NCBI GenBank assembly: GCA_951406725.2
Contig: OX597841.1
Coordinates: 12,896,001-12,960,000, forward strand
Length of the DNA stretch: 64,000 bases
DNA from: Octopus vulgaris
Taxonomy: Eukaryota
Reading direction: 5' to 3'
Position 1 is the first letter of the stretch. Every line of letters begins with the position of its first letter. This document shows positions 24,381 through 34,679 of the stretch, piece by piece. The position numbers were made by a program, and so were the translations under genes. A model generated the notes under the pieces. That model searched no databases. It saw nothing but the letters and a program-made list of their open reading frames with translations, and was not told the DNA's origin.

Positions 24381-25257
24381 CATACACACACACACATTAC
24401 ATTTATATGTGAGGCATACCTACAGATTAGTGCCCCCGAAATTTTGCATTTTCATATTTCTCTTTATAGTGGATGTTTTTAAATGACATTTTGTAAAGAT
24501 ACATTTTCGAGGGCGTAGATTACGATTATGATGATAAAATTTAGAAGGAAAATTCTGGTTTGTGTGTTTGGGGGGCAGTTCCGGTTGTTCTTCCTCTGTC
24601 CTAAGTTCCTCACCGACTTACAACTACTTCCGTAATTCTAGCATTTATCACTTTTTTTTCCTAATATGTTTATTGCTTGGTAAACCAATATTTCGTAACC
24701 TAAACCCTCAAAACCATATTTTTTGCAAAATAACGTTTAAATATATGCATAAGAAGAATCATTAAGGAACAAAAATTTGGAAGAGATGAGAATTGTCGCA
24801 AAAAACATTCAAAAAAAGATTATTTCCACAATCGTAATCAAGATCCTCAAAAATGTATTTCTGTGTAAAATTTCTTTACAAAACGTGGATTATTCAGCAA
24901 AGTCCAACGACTACTATAAAAATTGTGAGAAAAAAAATCGGTGAGGCACTAAAGTACAGTTATGCCCTTACATATGAGAACAACCAACGACTATAATGAA
25001 AATTGTAAGAAAAATCGGTGGGGCACTAAAGTACAGTTATGCCCTTACATATGAGAACAAACAGAGAATACAGAGGCGATGGTCACAGCTGGAACACGTT
25101 TGATCACAGAGGAGGTCTGTTAGATGGAGGTTGTCGTTTGTAGAAAGGAGGGGCTTGGGGCCGCACGTTTAGACCCGTAAAAAGCCGTGTGGTTTACCTG
25201 TCGCTTGTTCATCCGTCTGACATCGTCGAGGAAATCCATGTCTAAGAAACCCATCAT
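13683..25257 (-). CDS. SEC11: Signal peptidase complex catalytic subunit SEC11 (SEC11A/C-like), 6 coding exons, 182 aa
   Basis: Exons 25257-25198, 19421-19312, 18487-18338, 16672-16553, 15025-14968 and 13733-13683 (60+110+150+120+58+51=549 nt), all with GT-AG junctions. Translation: [182 protein letters not shown]. Catalytic motifs SGSMEP (Ser), PIVHR (His) and KGDNN..DD (Asp) are intact. Confidence 0.97.
13945..14490 (+). mobile_element. CR1/L2-group LINE 3' fragment (RT C-terminus, pseudogenised) in SEC11 intron 5
   Basis: [32 protein letters not shown]...[24 protein letters not shown], ending in a (CTAA)n-like tail. Confidence 0.85.
14968..15025 (-). CDS. SEC11: SEC11 coding exon 5 ([19 protein letters not shown])
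   Basis: Acceptor ttgacag, donor AAA|GTAAGT, 58 nt. Confidence 0.95.
15103..15642 (-). mobile_element. Probable non-LTR retroelement 3' UTR with (TAA)n tail
   Basis: A block of higher GC content ending on the minus strand in CTCTCTCACTCAATAATAATAAT. Family assignment uncertain. Confidence 0.45.
15923..16140 (+). mobile_element. tRNA-derived SINE (separate family)
   Basis: TGGCTTAGTGG A box, GGTTCGATCCC B box, then GTGTTCCTGAGCAAAGCACTT (CORE-like). Confidence 0.75.
16265..16540. repeat. Degenerate ~21-bp minisatellite (GAGTGAGGCTAGAGGAGTGYT) in SEC11 intron 4
   Basis: Recurrent GAGTGA(G/A)GC(T/A)AGA; 7-aa periodicity in ORF 16158..16403. Confidence 0.7.
16553..16672 (-). CDS. SEC11: SEC11 coding exon 4 ([40 protein letters not shown])
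   Basis: Pyrimidine tract then ttttag acceptor, donor GG|GTGAGT, 120 nt; overlaps ORF-track 16549..16755. Confidence 0.96.
17161..17397. mobile_element. Tc1/mariner-type MITE; second copy at ~20160-20388
   Basis: Imperfect TIRs AGGGTG.CC..AAGTAGGTTTTACAGTTAT / ATAACTGTAAACCTGCTTTTGGCCCACCCTG. Confidence 0.7.
17541..18035 (-). mobile_element. RTE-type 3' end, family C, with an internal tandem duplication
   Basis: (CAT)n-CGTTTAACGTCCG start. CCAGTCAGGTGGCACTGGCTTTGACCCACGCATGCATGG occurs twice (~17877, ~17944). Confidence 0.78.
18338..18487 (-). CDS. SEC11: SEC11 coding exon 3 ([17 protein letters not shown]...[12 protein letters not shown])
   Basis: Acceptor cttccag, donor AA|GTAAGT, 150 nt; carries the catalytic Ser and His motifs. 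Confidence 0.96.
18538..18780. repeat. 47-bp purine-rich minisatellite, 4 near-perfect copies plus partials, in SEC11 intron 2
   Basis: GAGTGGAGATAAG anchors at 18541, 18588, 18635, 18682 and 18729. Confidence 0.93.
19312..19421 (-). CDS. SEC11: SEC11 coding exon 2 ([37 protein letters not shown])
   Basis: Acceptor tcctttcag, donor CAG|GTGAGT, 110 nt; encodes the transmembrane segment. Confidence 0.96.
19557..19960 (+). mobile_element. SINE family A
   Basis: Family consensus. Confidence 0.87.
20455..21480 (-). pseudogene. Penelope-like element reverse transcriptase relic, interrupted by a SINE A
   Basis: The minus strand gives [33 protein letters not shown]...[10 protein letters not shown], [SINE], [11 protein letters not shown] and [19 protein letters not shown]. 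These are PLE-type RT motifs including YLDD. Confidence 0.82.
20882..21262 (-). mobile_element. SINE family A nested in the Penelope relic
   Basis: Family consensus; splits the RT just after DVINLY. Confidence 0.88.
21620..21935 (+). mobile_element. RTE-type 3' end, family C variant
   Basis: GTGGCAC-TAAAAAGCACC subrepeats and a (GAT)n tail. Confidence 0.75.
22650..23022 (-). mobile_element. SINE family A
   Basis: Family consensus. Confidence 0.86.
23286..23655 (+). mobile_element. SINE family A
   Basis: Family consensus. Confidence 0.87.
24905..25060. repeat. Tandem duplication of ~77 bp near SEC11 exon 1
   Basis: AAAATCGGTG(A)GGCACTAAAGTACAGTTATGCCCTTACATATGAGAACAA occurs twice. Confidence 0.88.
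25198..25257 (-). CDS. SEC11: SEC11 coding exon 1 ([20 protein letters not shown])
   Basis: [13 protein letters not shown] matches the SEC11A/C N-terminus. Donor CAG|GTAAAC. Which of the three in-frame ATGs is used is uncertain. Confidence 0.93.
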
Positions 25258-25535
25258 CGTTCCGTCGCAACAACAACAACAACTCCAGTGAGTGGAGGTG
25301 AGTGGCGGTGGGAGTAGAGGCTGTAGTGACGGTCGCTGCTTCCGCGACTCGAGAGGCGTGAGAGTGAGGACGTTAGCAGCAGTGAGTGAGGGGCGGCTGG
25401 AAGTGGTAGTGAGAGTAAGTGGTGAGAGTGAAAGGTGCAGTGGAGGGAAAGCAAGTTCCGGTTTTCACGTTCGTTAGGCGAGATCTCGTCGCTGAAACGC
25501 TACGTCAGCTTTCGAGTGTATCTATATATGTATAT

Positions 25536-25566
<31 letters not shown>

Positions 25567-26261
25567 TATATGTGGGTGTCTGTGATATATATATATACAG
25601 AGTTATAGATGAGGAGGAGGAGGAGGAAAGAGAGAGAGAGAGAGAAAACGAAAGGACGAAGAGAGCGGGATAAGGGAAACAAAAAAAGACAAAAGTATAT
25701 GAGAGGGAGGGGAAAGGGAGAGGAAGGATGAGTATATTTCTGATAGACAGAAAAAGAGAAAGGCAGAGAGAGGGGGGAGAAGGAGGGAGGAAAGTATTTG
25801 AGAAATATGGGGGTGGGGTGGATGAAAGTATTTAAGAGAGAGGAGGGAGGAAAGTACTTGAGAGAGAGAGAGTGGGGAGGAAGGGTGACTATATTTGAGA
25901 GGAAAGTCAGAAGGAGGAAGTATTTGAGAGAGGGAGGGAGGGAGAAGTAATGAGAAACGAAAGGATAAGTATTTGAGAGAGAGGGAGGGGGACGAAAATA
26001 TTTGAGAGAGAGAGAGAGGGGGATGATGTAAGAGAGAGAGAAAGAAGAAAACGGTTGTTTGAAAGTATTTGTTTTAGAGAGAGAGAGAGAGAGTTAATTA
26101 TTTTCGTTTAATTGATGGGTTCAAGAGGCAGGAACAGATCCCACGATTCTTGCAGACCCAGGAGGCTGTAATATCATTTCATAAAGGGACACAGCACAAT
26201 GAATTCATAGAACAAGGCTCTAACTTTAAATACCTCATCTCTCGGTATACTCTCTCTCTTT

Positions 26262-26662
26262 TACTCTTTTACTCTGTTACTTGTTTCAGTCATTTTGACT
26301 GCGGCCATGCTGGAGCACCGCCTTTAGTCGAGCAAATCGACCCCGGGACTTATTCTTTGTAAGCCCAGTACTTATTCTATCAGTCACTTTTGCCGAACCG
26401 CTAAGTGACGGGGACGTAAACACACCAGCATCGGTTGTCAAGCAATGCTAGGGGGACAAACACAGACACACAAATGCATATATATACATACATATATACG
26501 ATGGGCTTCTTTCAGTTTCCGTCTACCAAATCCACTCACAAGGCATTGGTCGGCCCGAGGCTATAGTAGAAGACACTTGCCCAAGATGCCACGCAGTGGG
26601 ACTGAACCCGGAACCATGTGGCTGGTAAGCAAGCTACTTACCACACAGCCACTCCTGCGCCT
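26262..26662 (-). mobile_element. SINE family A
   Basis: Family consensus. Confidence 0.88.
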
Positions 26663-26754
26663 ATGAGTAGTTCTTGAGAGATTTTTTGTCTCTTTGTTGT
26701 TAAAAGAGGTAAAGTTGACATGGTCTTATTTGAGGATGTTCTCAAGATCTCCGT

Positions 26755-27000
26755 ATGAGGTCTGACCAAAAAATATCAGGACTGGGGCTATAAAAACAAA
26801 ACTCCAACCCACATCAATTCATTATTTAATCTCCCTCAATGATGTCCTCTTCTGAAGCCACACTCTTTTCCCAAAACCATTTCCATTGATGGAAGAATTC
26901 CTGGAACTCCTTTTTTAGTGAGCATCTGCCTTGTTACATCCTCTTTGACATTTTGAAATCTTGTTCCTTTCAAGTGGGATTTCATTTTTAGAAAGATCCT
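26755..27000 (-). mobile_element. Mariner 3'-end relic
   Basis: TIR-like GAGGTCTGACCAAAAAATATC; the minus strand reads EFQEFFHQWKWFWEKSVASEEDI, resembling a transposase C-terminus. Confidence 0.45.
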
Positions 27001-27089
27001 TGGCTGCAATGGTCTTCAAACCATGCCTCTTTCATGCATACTCATACACACACACACACACACAAATATTTTCTCTCACATATGTGCAC

Positions 27090-27365
27090 CCGTAACCAGC
27101 ATCGCCTTGCTGGCACCCGCGTCGGTGGCATATGTAAAAGATTCGAGCGAGGTCGTTGCCAGTGCTGCCTGACTAGCCCCGTGCCGGCGGCATATAAAAG
27201 CACCCACTACACTCTCGGAGTGGTTGGCGTTAGGAAGGGCATCCAGCTGTAGAAACTCTGCCAGATCAAGATTGAAGCTTGGTGCAGCCATCTGGTTTGC
27301 AGACCTCAGTCAAAATCGTCCAACCCATGCTAGTATGGAAAGCGGACGTCAAACGATGATGATGA
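27090..27365 (+). mobile_element. RTE-type 3' end, family C
   Basis: Family motifs and a (GAT)n tail. Confidence 0.78.
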
Positions 27366-27554
27366 TTGTTGCTATAAGAATAATTACAACCCTTGTGAAG
27401 TTTTTTTCTTTTTTTTCACATGAAAATGAACAACGTGGAGTGTTTTATTTAATGGTTTATCACTGTATACAATGAGTGTCTTTGTCCTTATGTGTCAGGC
27501 AGACAGAAAGAAATAGAAACAAAACAAAATAGAAGAAAAACTAAGATAAGACGT

Positions 27555-28060
27555 GGTATGAGCACAAACCGCAGAGAGTGGCGGAGTTGGGAACTTGCAA
27601 AACCGTCTGGGATTTCCCCATCCAAACAGATCAGGTGCTAGAGCACAACAGACCGGACCTTGTGGCGGTGGACAAGGTGCACCACATGTGCTATATAGTT
27701 GATGTTGCATTCTTCTTTGACCCACGAATAGTCAAGGAGGAAGGCAAAAAGAAAATAGATACAACCCTCTTAAGTACAAAATAGCGTGGTTATGGAAAAT
27801 GAAGAAAGTGAAGATAGTGTCAATTATTGTTGGGTCTTTGGGGAGAGTATCAGAAGAGATCACAGGGAATATAAAGGAAATTGGAATAGAATGCCCAGTA
27901 GAACTGTTACAAAAGGTTTGCCTCCTTGGCACATGGCCAGAATAATAAAGGAGAGTATTAGAAAGCTGAAAAGAACGGATAGCATGGTACCGTAGGCTGC
28001 AGGTAGTAAACCCACCATGCATGCAAGACTCCAGGAGTTCTAATAAAACATGTGATAAAA
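27555..28060 (+). pseudogene. Relic restriction-like endonuclease domain of an R4/Dong-type (RLE) non-LTR retrotransposon
   Basis: VWDFPIQTDQVLEHNRPDLVAVDK...CYIVDVA...D....KEE, the PD-(D/E)xK-type RLE signature, followed by frameshifts. Confidence 0.8.
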
Positions 28061-28065
28061 AGAAA

Positions 28066-28448
28066 TAGGAGTGGCTGTGTGGTAAGTAGCTTGCTAACCA
28101 ACCACATGGTTCCGGGTTCAGTCCCACTGCATGGCATCTTGGGCAAGTGTCTTATGCTATAGCCCCGGACCGACCAATGCCTTGTGAGTGGATTTAGTAG
28201 ACGGAAACTGAAAGAAGCCTGTCGTGTATATGTATATATGTGTGTTTGTGTGTCTGTGTTTGTCCCTCTAGCATTGCTTGACAACCGATGCTGGTGTGTT
28301 TATGTCCCCGTTACTTAGCGGTTCGGCAAAAGAGACCGATAGAATAAGTACTGGGCTTACAAAAGAATAAATCCCGGGGTCGAGTTGCTCGATTAAAGGT
28401 GGTGCTCCAGCATGGCCGCAGTCAAATGACTGAAACAAGTAAAAGAGT
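28066..28448 (+). mobile_element. SINE family A
   Basis: Family consensus. Confidence 0.87.
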
Positions 28449-28707
28449 AATAATAATAATGGTGAGAATGTGTCAGAAAAACGTAGAGCTTGTGGAACTT
28501 GGAATGCAACAGTGGCACACATTGTGGAGGAGTGCCTCAAGTTGGCACAGGAAGAACTTAGCGGTTCGGCAAGAGAAGTCCGATAGAACAAGTACAGGGC
28601 TTTAAAAAAAAAAGAACAGGTCGATTCGTCTCGACTGAAACTCTTCACGGCGGTGCCCCAGCATGGCCGCAGTCTAATGCCTGTAACGAGTAAAAAGAAA
28701 AATACAC

Positions 28708-28741
<34 letters not shown>

Positions 28742-28856
28742 ATGTATATATATCACAATATATACAACCGTTAACGGGTGTATATTATATACAGCAACTA
28801 GTTATGTATTTTCCCATGATGCCATTCGGGATATGTTGATGCGACAGAAAGCGGTA

Positions 28857-28896
28857 CAGCAGCAGCAGTAGTAGTAGTAGTAGTTGTTGTAGTAAC

Positions 28897-28995
<99 letters not shown>

Positions 28996-29040
28996 TGTTG
29001 TAGTAGTAACAGTAGCAGCAGCAGCAGTAGTAGTAGTGTG
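28857..29040. repeat. (TAG)n trinucleotide microsatellite grading into GTG/GAT-rich low-complexity sequence (to ~29700)
   Basis: Direct reading. Confidence 0.95.
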
Positions 29041-30301
29041 GTAGAGCTGATGGTGGTGGTGCTGATGGTGATAACTATGGTAGTGGTAATAGGAGACAAG
29101 TCGTGGTAGTAGGAGGCGTGTGATATTAGTGTCAGGATGATGTTGCTGATGGTGGTGGTGGTGGTAGTAGTAGTAGATAACTTAGAAGTAGTAGCACCGG
29201 TGTGACAAAAGCTGTCGTGGTAGGAGGCAACGTCACAAGCTCGTCCTAGTAGTAGCAGGAGTACTTAACATCATAGTGGTAGCAGTGACAACGACGATAT
29301 ATTCATTGTGATAATGATAATGATGATGATGATGGTAGGAGTGGTAGAAGTAGTAAAAGATGTGTTAGGTAGCAACGTCTATCTTTCTCATTCCCCCCTC
29401 TCTCTTTCTGTGTGTCTTTCTCTCTCTGTCTCTCTCACTCCCAACTACTGCCGGTTAGTGGTAGGAGTAGTAGATGACAATGTGGTAGTAGGAGCAGTAG
29501 TAGTGTTGGGGGTGGTCGGAGTGATAAAAGACATCGTGGTAGGAGGTAACGTCACATGCTGGTTATTCTTTATGATGATGATGATGATGATGACGCTGAT
29601 GGTCGGAGTGATAAAAGACGCCGTGGTAGGAGGGACCGTGAGAGTAGTAGTAGTAGTAGTCGTAAGCATCTTGGCCGTCGTAGTGATGAGGGCGGAGGCG
29701 GCGGCATCCGTACGGGACGAACCGGACGTTCCAAACATGACCATACAGTCTTATTTTTGCTATTTTTAAGGCTGTAGGATGTGATTTGAGAGAGATTTGG
29801 CTGCCATTTCTAGCAATGTCACTAATCAACAAACAACCTGTTCTGTTGTCATCTTTTATCCTTTTTTTCCCTATTATTTGTTTCATAGTGACTTGACTGT
29901 GGCCATGCTGGAGCACCGCCTCGAAGCTTTTTTTTTTTGTCGAATGAATCGACCCCCCTCCGCCCAGTACTTTTAAGCGTGTTTATCGAACGCTTTTGCC
30001 GAACCACTAAGAATTGCGGGGACATAAACACACCAACACAGGTTGTTAAACGGGTGTGAGGGGGTGGGGGGACAACACACACACACACACATACACGTCC
30101 TTTTATTTTATTCTTTTACTCGTTCCAGTCATTTGACTGCGGCCATGCTGGAGCACCGCCTTTAGCCGGTGCCCCAGCATGGCCGCAGTCAAATCGACCC
30201 CCGGGACTTACTCTTTGTAATACAGTTCTATATTTAAGAGATGAGCAATTATTTACATTATTTACATTTGACGGATATTTGTCCTCATCTTGTTTGTTAT
30301 T

Positions 30302-30347
30302 AACACAACATTTCGGCTGGTATACCCTCCAGCCTTCATCAGGTGTC
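30302..30347 (-). ncRNA. Minimal type I hammerhead ribozyme motif (Penelope-LTR type), possibly degenerate
   Basis: Minus strand GACAC-CTGATGA-A-GGCTGG-agggtata-CCAGCC-GAAA-TG-TT-GTGTT: both core boxes, a perfect 6-bp stem II and a 5-bp stem I. Confidence 0.7.
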
Positions 30348-30394
30348 TTGGGGAAATTTCGAACCTGGGTTCTCATTCCTAAGGTAGTTTTCGA

Positions 30395-30429
<35 letters not shown>

Positions 30430-30905
30430 CCACTGGCATCCGTGCTGGTGGAGCGCTAAGAATACCATCCAAGCACGATCGTTGTCAGGGCAACAAGCCG
30501 GCCTCCCTGCCGGTGGCACATAAAAAGACACCATTCGAGCGTGATCGTTACCTGCGTCACCTTACTGGCACTTCTGCTGGTGGAACGTGAACAAAACATT
30601 CGAGCGAGGCCATTGCTAGTGCCGCTGGACTGGCTCCTGTGCAGGTGACACATAAAAAGCACCATTTTGAGCAAGGTCGTTGCCAGTGCCGCCTGATTGG
30701 CCCCCGTGCCGGTGACACGTAAAAGCACCCACTACACTCTCGGAGTGGTTGGCATTAGGAAGGGCATCCAGCTGTAGAAAACCATGTCAAATCAGACTGG
30801 AGCCTGATGCAACCATCTGGTTCACCAGTCCTCAATCAAATCGTCCAACCCATGCTAGCATGGAAAGCAGACGTTAAACGATGATGATGATGATGATGAT
30901 GAAGA
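30430..30905 (+). mobile_element. RTE-type 3' end, family C
   Basis: Subrepeats and a (GAT)n tail. Confidence 0.78.
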
Positions 30906-31173
30906 TGTAAATAAAGCTAGATAGAGAGATAGATGGATGGATGGATGGGTAGATAGATGGATAGATAGATAGATTGATAGATAAGATAGATGGATGGATA
31001 GATAGATAGAGAGACAGAGAAAAAGAATGACAACAGATCGATAGGGTTGATAAGTGCTAACGCACGGAACTCTCAATCCTTCAGTCACTCCGCTGCTCCT
31101 GTTAAACATTAATGCAAAATATGGAGATCGACAGAGTGACAGACAGATAGACATAGATAGATAGATAAATGTG

Positions 31174-31215
<42 letters not shown>

Positions 31216-33223
31216 CTATCTATTTATCTATCTATCTCTTGCCCTTTCTTGCTCTCTTTCTCCGTTAGACGAAGTTAGGGGCTGACGTGTAACAGTTTTT
31301 TTTATTCTCCCCATTAATAAAGCGACAAAAATGGGGCATATTTTGGATAAGGCGACCCCAGACAAACAAACATGCCCTGCCTCACAGACTAAACACTAAT
31401 AATAATAATAAAATAATAAATAATTAGAAACTCTCCACACGATTGAGTGAGGAATCTTTGATCCTTCGATCACAGGTGTGCAATCGATCTAGGTTGAACT
31501 TGTGTTGTAAATACCAACCACAAACAACACACCTGTACACCAGCCTCTCTCTTTCTTTCTCTCGTTCGTTCTAAAAACCATTCATCTTCTTTTGTCATTC
31601 ATTCATACAAAACATTCAAACCACACATACACACACACACACACACCAGCATCTGAATCAAACGTGTCAGTTTCAATTCCGAGTACCAGCTGTTGGCATT
31701 TCTGTTTTGTTTGTCAGTTTTATTTCTTCTCGTCGGAAGCGGCGTGGCAGGAGGGACGTTCTCATAATCATTTGTCTATATCTTATCATATCTCCTGCGA
31801 GTGTGTTTCTTCGAATTTTCAGGGCAATTCAAGATAATATCTGACAAAAAAGAAAGAAAGAAAGAAAGAAAGGAAGAAAGAAAGAAAGAAGTGGAGATGA
31901 AAAGATAGAAGCAAAAGAAGGAGAAAAAGGACGAAGAAAGCGGTGACCAAGGAAGGAAGAATTGTCAGTCACAGAGGTTCTTCTACCCGAAAGCGAAATA
32001 CGGGTGACTTTGAGGAGAGAGAGAAGAAAAGAGAGACCAGAACACAAGTACACAGTCACTATATATATACATATATACATATATAGATATATCTGTATCT
32101 ATATATGCGTGTGTGTGTGTGTGTACAGGTTAGTCCCACGAGGAAGAATATATATATGTATGTATATATATATGTATGTATATATCTCCAGTCTGTTGGT
32201 GTGTGCGGCAACTTGCTGTGTTGCGGATCGGATCGGCGATTGAAAGACTCAAAGAGTCACAGAGAGAGAGAGAGAGAGAAAACACGTTGTGTGATATCTC
32301 GAATGTGAGTCACGGGCGGAATATCACATAGAAGAAGAAGAAGAAGAGAAAAAAACCCCATAAAATACGACACAAAACCAGAAGGAAAAAAAAAAACGTG
32401 GATAAAAAAGGAAGGAAAAGGAAAAAATACAAAAGAACCTAAAAAAGAAGAAAAAATTCTAAAACCAAACACAAGACATATTTATTAAAAGAGAGAAAGA
32501 GAGAAAACAACATAATTAAACCAGGAACCGAGAAACGCGCACTTGTTCTTTGGACCTAATTACATATATATATATGTATATATATATTTATATATATATA
32601 TATATATATACATATATATATGTATGTATAGTGTGTGTATGTATGTATAGTGTGTGTGTGTGTGCATGTCTGGTTAAATAGCTCCACGTTTACTGGCACG
32701 ATGGAAAGGAGTTGAAGAGAAAAGAAAGCGGATATTTAATACGATTTGTACAGGGATCTCTAACTTACCAGGAGAATATTATTTGTATACATACGTATAT
32801 ATATATTATATATATATTATATATATATATATAAGACACGCGCACACAAACACATAAGGCGTTTGTATAAACAAACAAGTGTTCATATAAATATAAAAAG
32901 AGAAATCAGTTTAGATACACACATACAAGTGCGTGTGTGTATATGTACATAATTACACGCAAAAAAATATCTCCCCACACGGCAACTTCAACACCTCTCC
33001 ACTCGAAAACAGAGCAATATATGGTAGATATATATATATATATATACTTTTATATTTATAAGCGTATATAATTAAAGTCAAACACGTACGTGTCAGTACA
33101 CAGACACACACATATATATATATTTACATCTCGAAACCAAAACCGTTGAGGGCTTTTGTCACAGACGTGAGAATTCACCTGCATACGGCCACCTCATATA
33201 TACACCCACGCTTCAACAACAAG

Positions 33224-33282
<59 letters not shown>

Positions 33283-33320
33283 CAAGACAGAAACGGAATC
33301 ACTCGAGGAGAGGCATCACC

Positions 33321-33408
33321 ATGGTGAAATTTCGGGATGGACCCATCAAAGAAGGAATTGACAATTCGGTTTTCATTATTCCTGGCATTATCGTGGTTTC
33401 CCTGATCG
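33321..33408 (+). CDS. Exon 1 of a 69-aa single-pass membrane microprotein ([29 protein letters not shown]-)
   Basis: Strong Kozak context CACC-ATG-G and consensus donor G|GTGAGT at 33409 (phase 1). It is unique sequence sitting between microsatellites. Confidence 0.8.
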
Positions 33409-33477
33409 GTGAGTTTTGTATCCATCGTACCGACACTATTGTCTGCGTGTATAAGTGGTAGCTTATCTGCCAATCTA

Positions 33478-33640
<163 letters not shown>

Positions 33641-33768
33641 ATTTATTTATTTAATTTTCGAGTCTGGTTTCTTGCTATTTACTCCGAGTTTCACCTGTAG
33701 GTGCTCAAGACCTTTGGGTTTTGTAATTTCTACTCCAGCACCGACAGATCTCTCTTTCTCTCTCTCTA

Positions 33769-33826
<58 letters not shown>

Positions 33827-34181
33827 AAGAGAAGACGACTGTGTCTGTGTGTGGTAGTCGGATACAGAGAGATCTGGAGAAAGTGAGAGTTTGTGTGTAT
33901 GTTTGTTGAAAAGCGGAAATAGAGGTAAGACAGACGGTTTGTGTTCGTATGTGATGGATGTAGAGAGAGAATTCTGGTATACAGAGACCAATTATTAGCG
34001 TAGAGACACGTGTACGTGATTCCGTGCGTATACACACACACATACATGTAATTATACATGCACAAGCATACGTGTATAAAGATATATAAATATCTATGTA
34101 TGTGTATATGTGGAAATATGCGTATGTATATACGTATAAATATATGTATAAAAACATACATATCTATGTGCATATGTGTGT

Positions 34182-34249
<68 letters not shown>

Positions 34250-34679
34250 GTGAAAGACGAACGTTTCGAGATGGTGACATTCGTACGCCTGTTTCTATGT
34301 CTCTACTTTTGTACATATGGTATACGTGTAGGTGTTGTAGAGAGAAAAAAAGCAATCCTTCGGTATTGGTAGACGACATCAGTCACCCATACAACCTTGC
34401 CTCATGACGTCGTCTCCTCATATCGACACGATGTAGACCAATACCGAAGGATCGCCGAACAAATGTATAAACGGGTAGACACCAGGTATCAAATCAATTC
34501 ATAACTTATCTATGTAAGAGATAGAATTTTATACACACACGCTCTACCCGCTCAAGTGTAAATCTATTGAGCACTAATTAAATGTATTCTATACAGAAAA
34601 GATCTGATTCTCATATCTGAACTGTATATATCCAGGTGAGTTGATATGGAGATAATGATGCAGGTAAACGTGATTAGCC

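Noticed and set aside
28785-29099. Poly-Leu ORF and neighbouring Val/Thr-rich ORFs (29308-29916)
   Set aside because: Translations of (TAG)n and GTG/GAT low-complexity repeats, with no splice or domain support.
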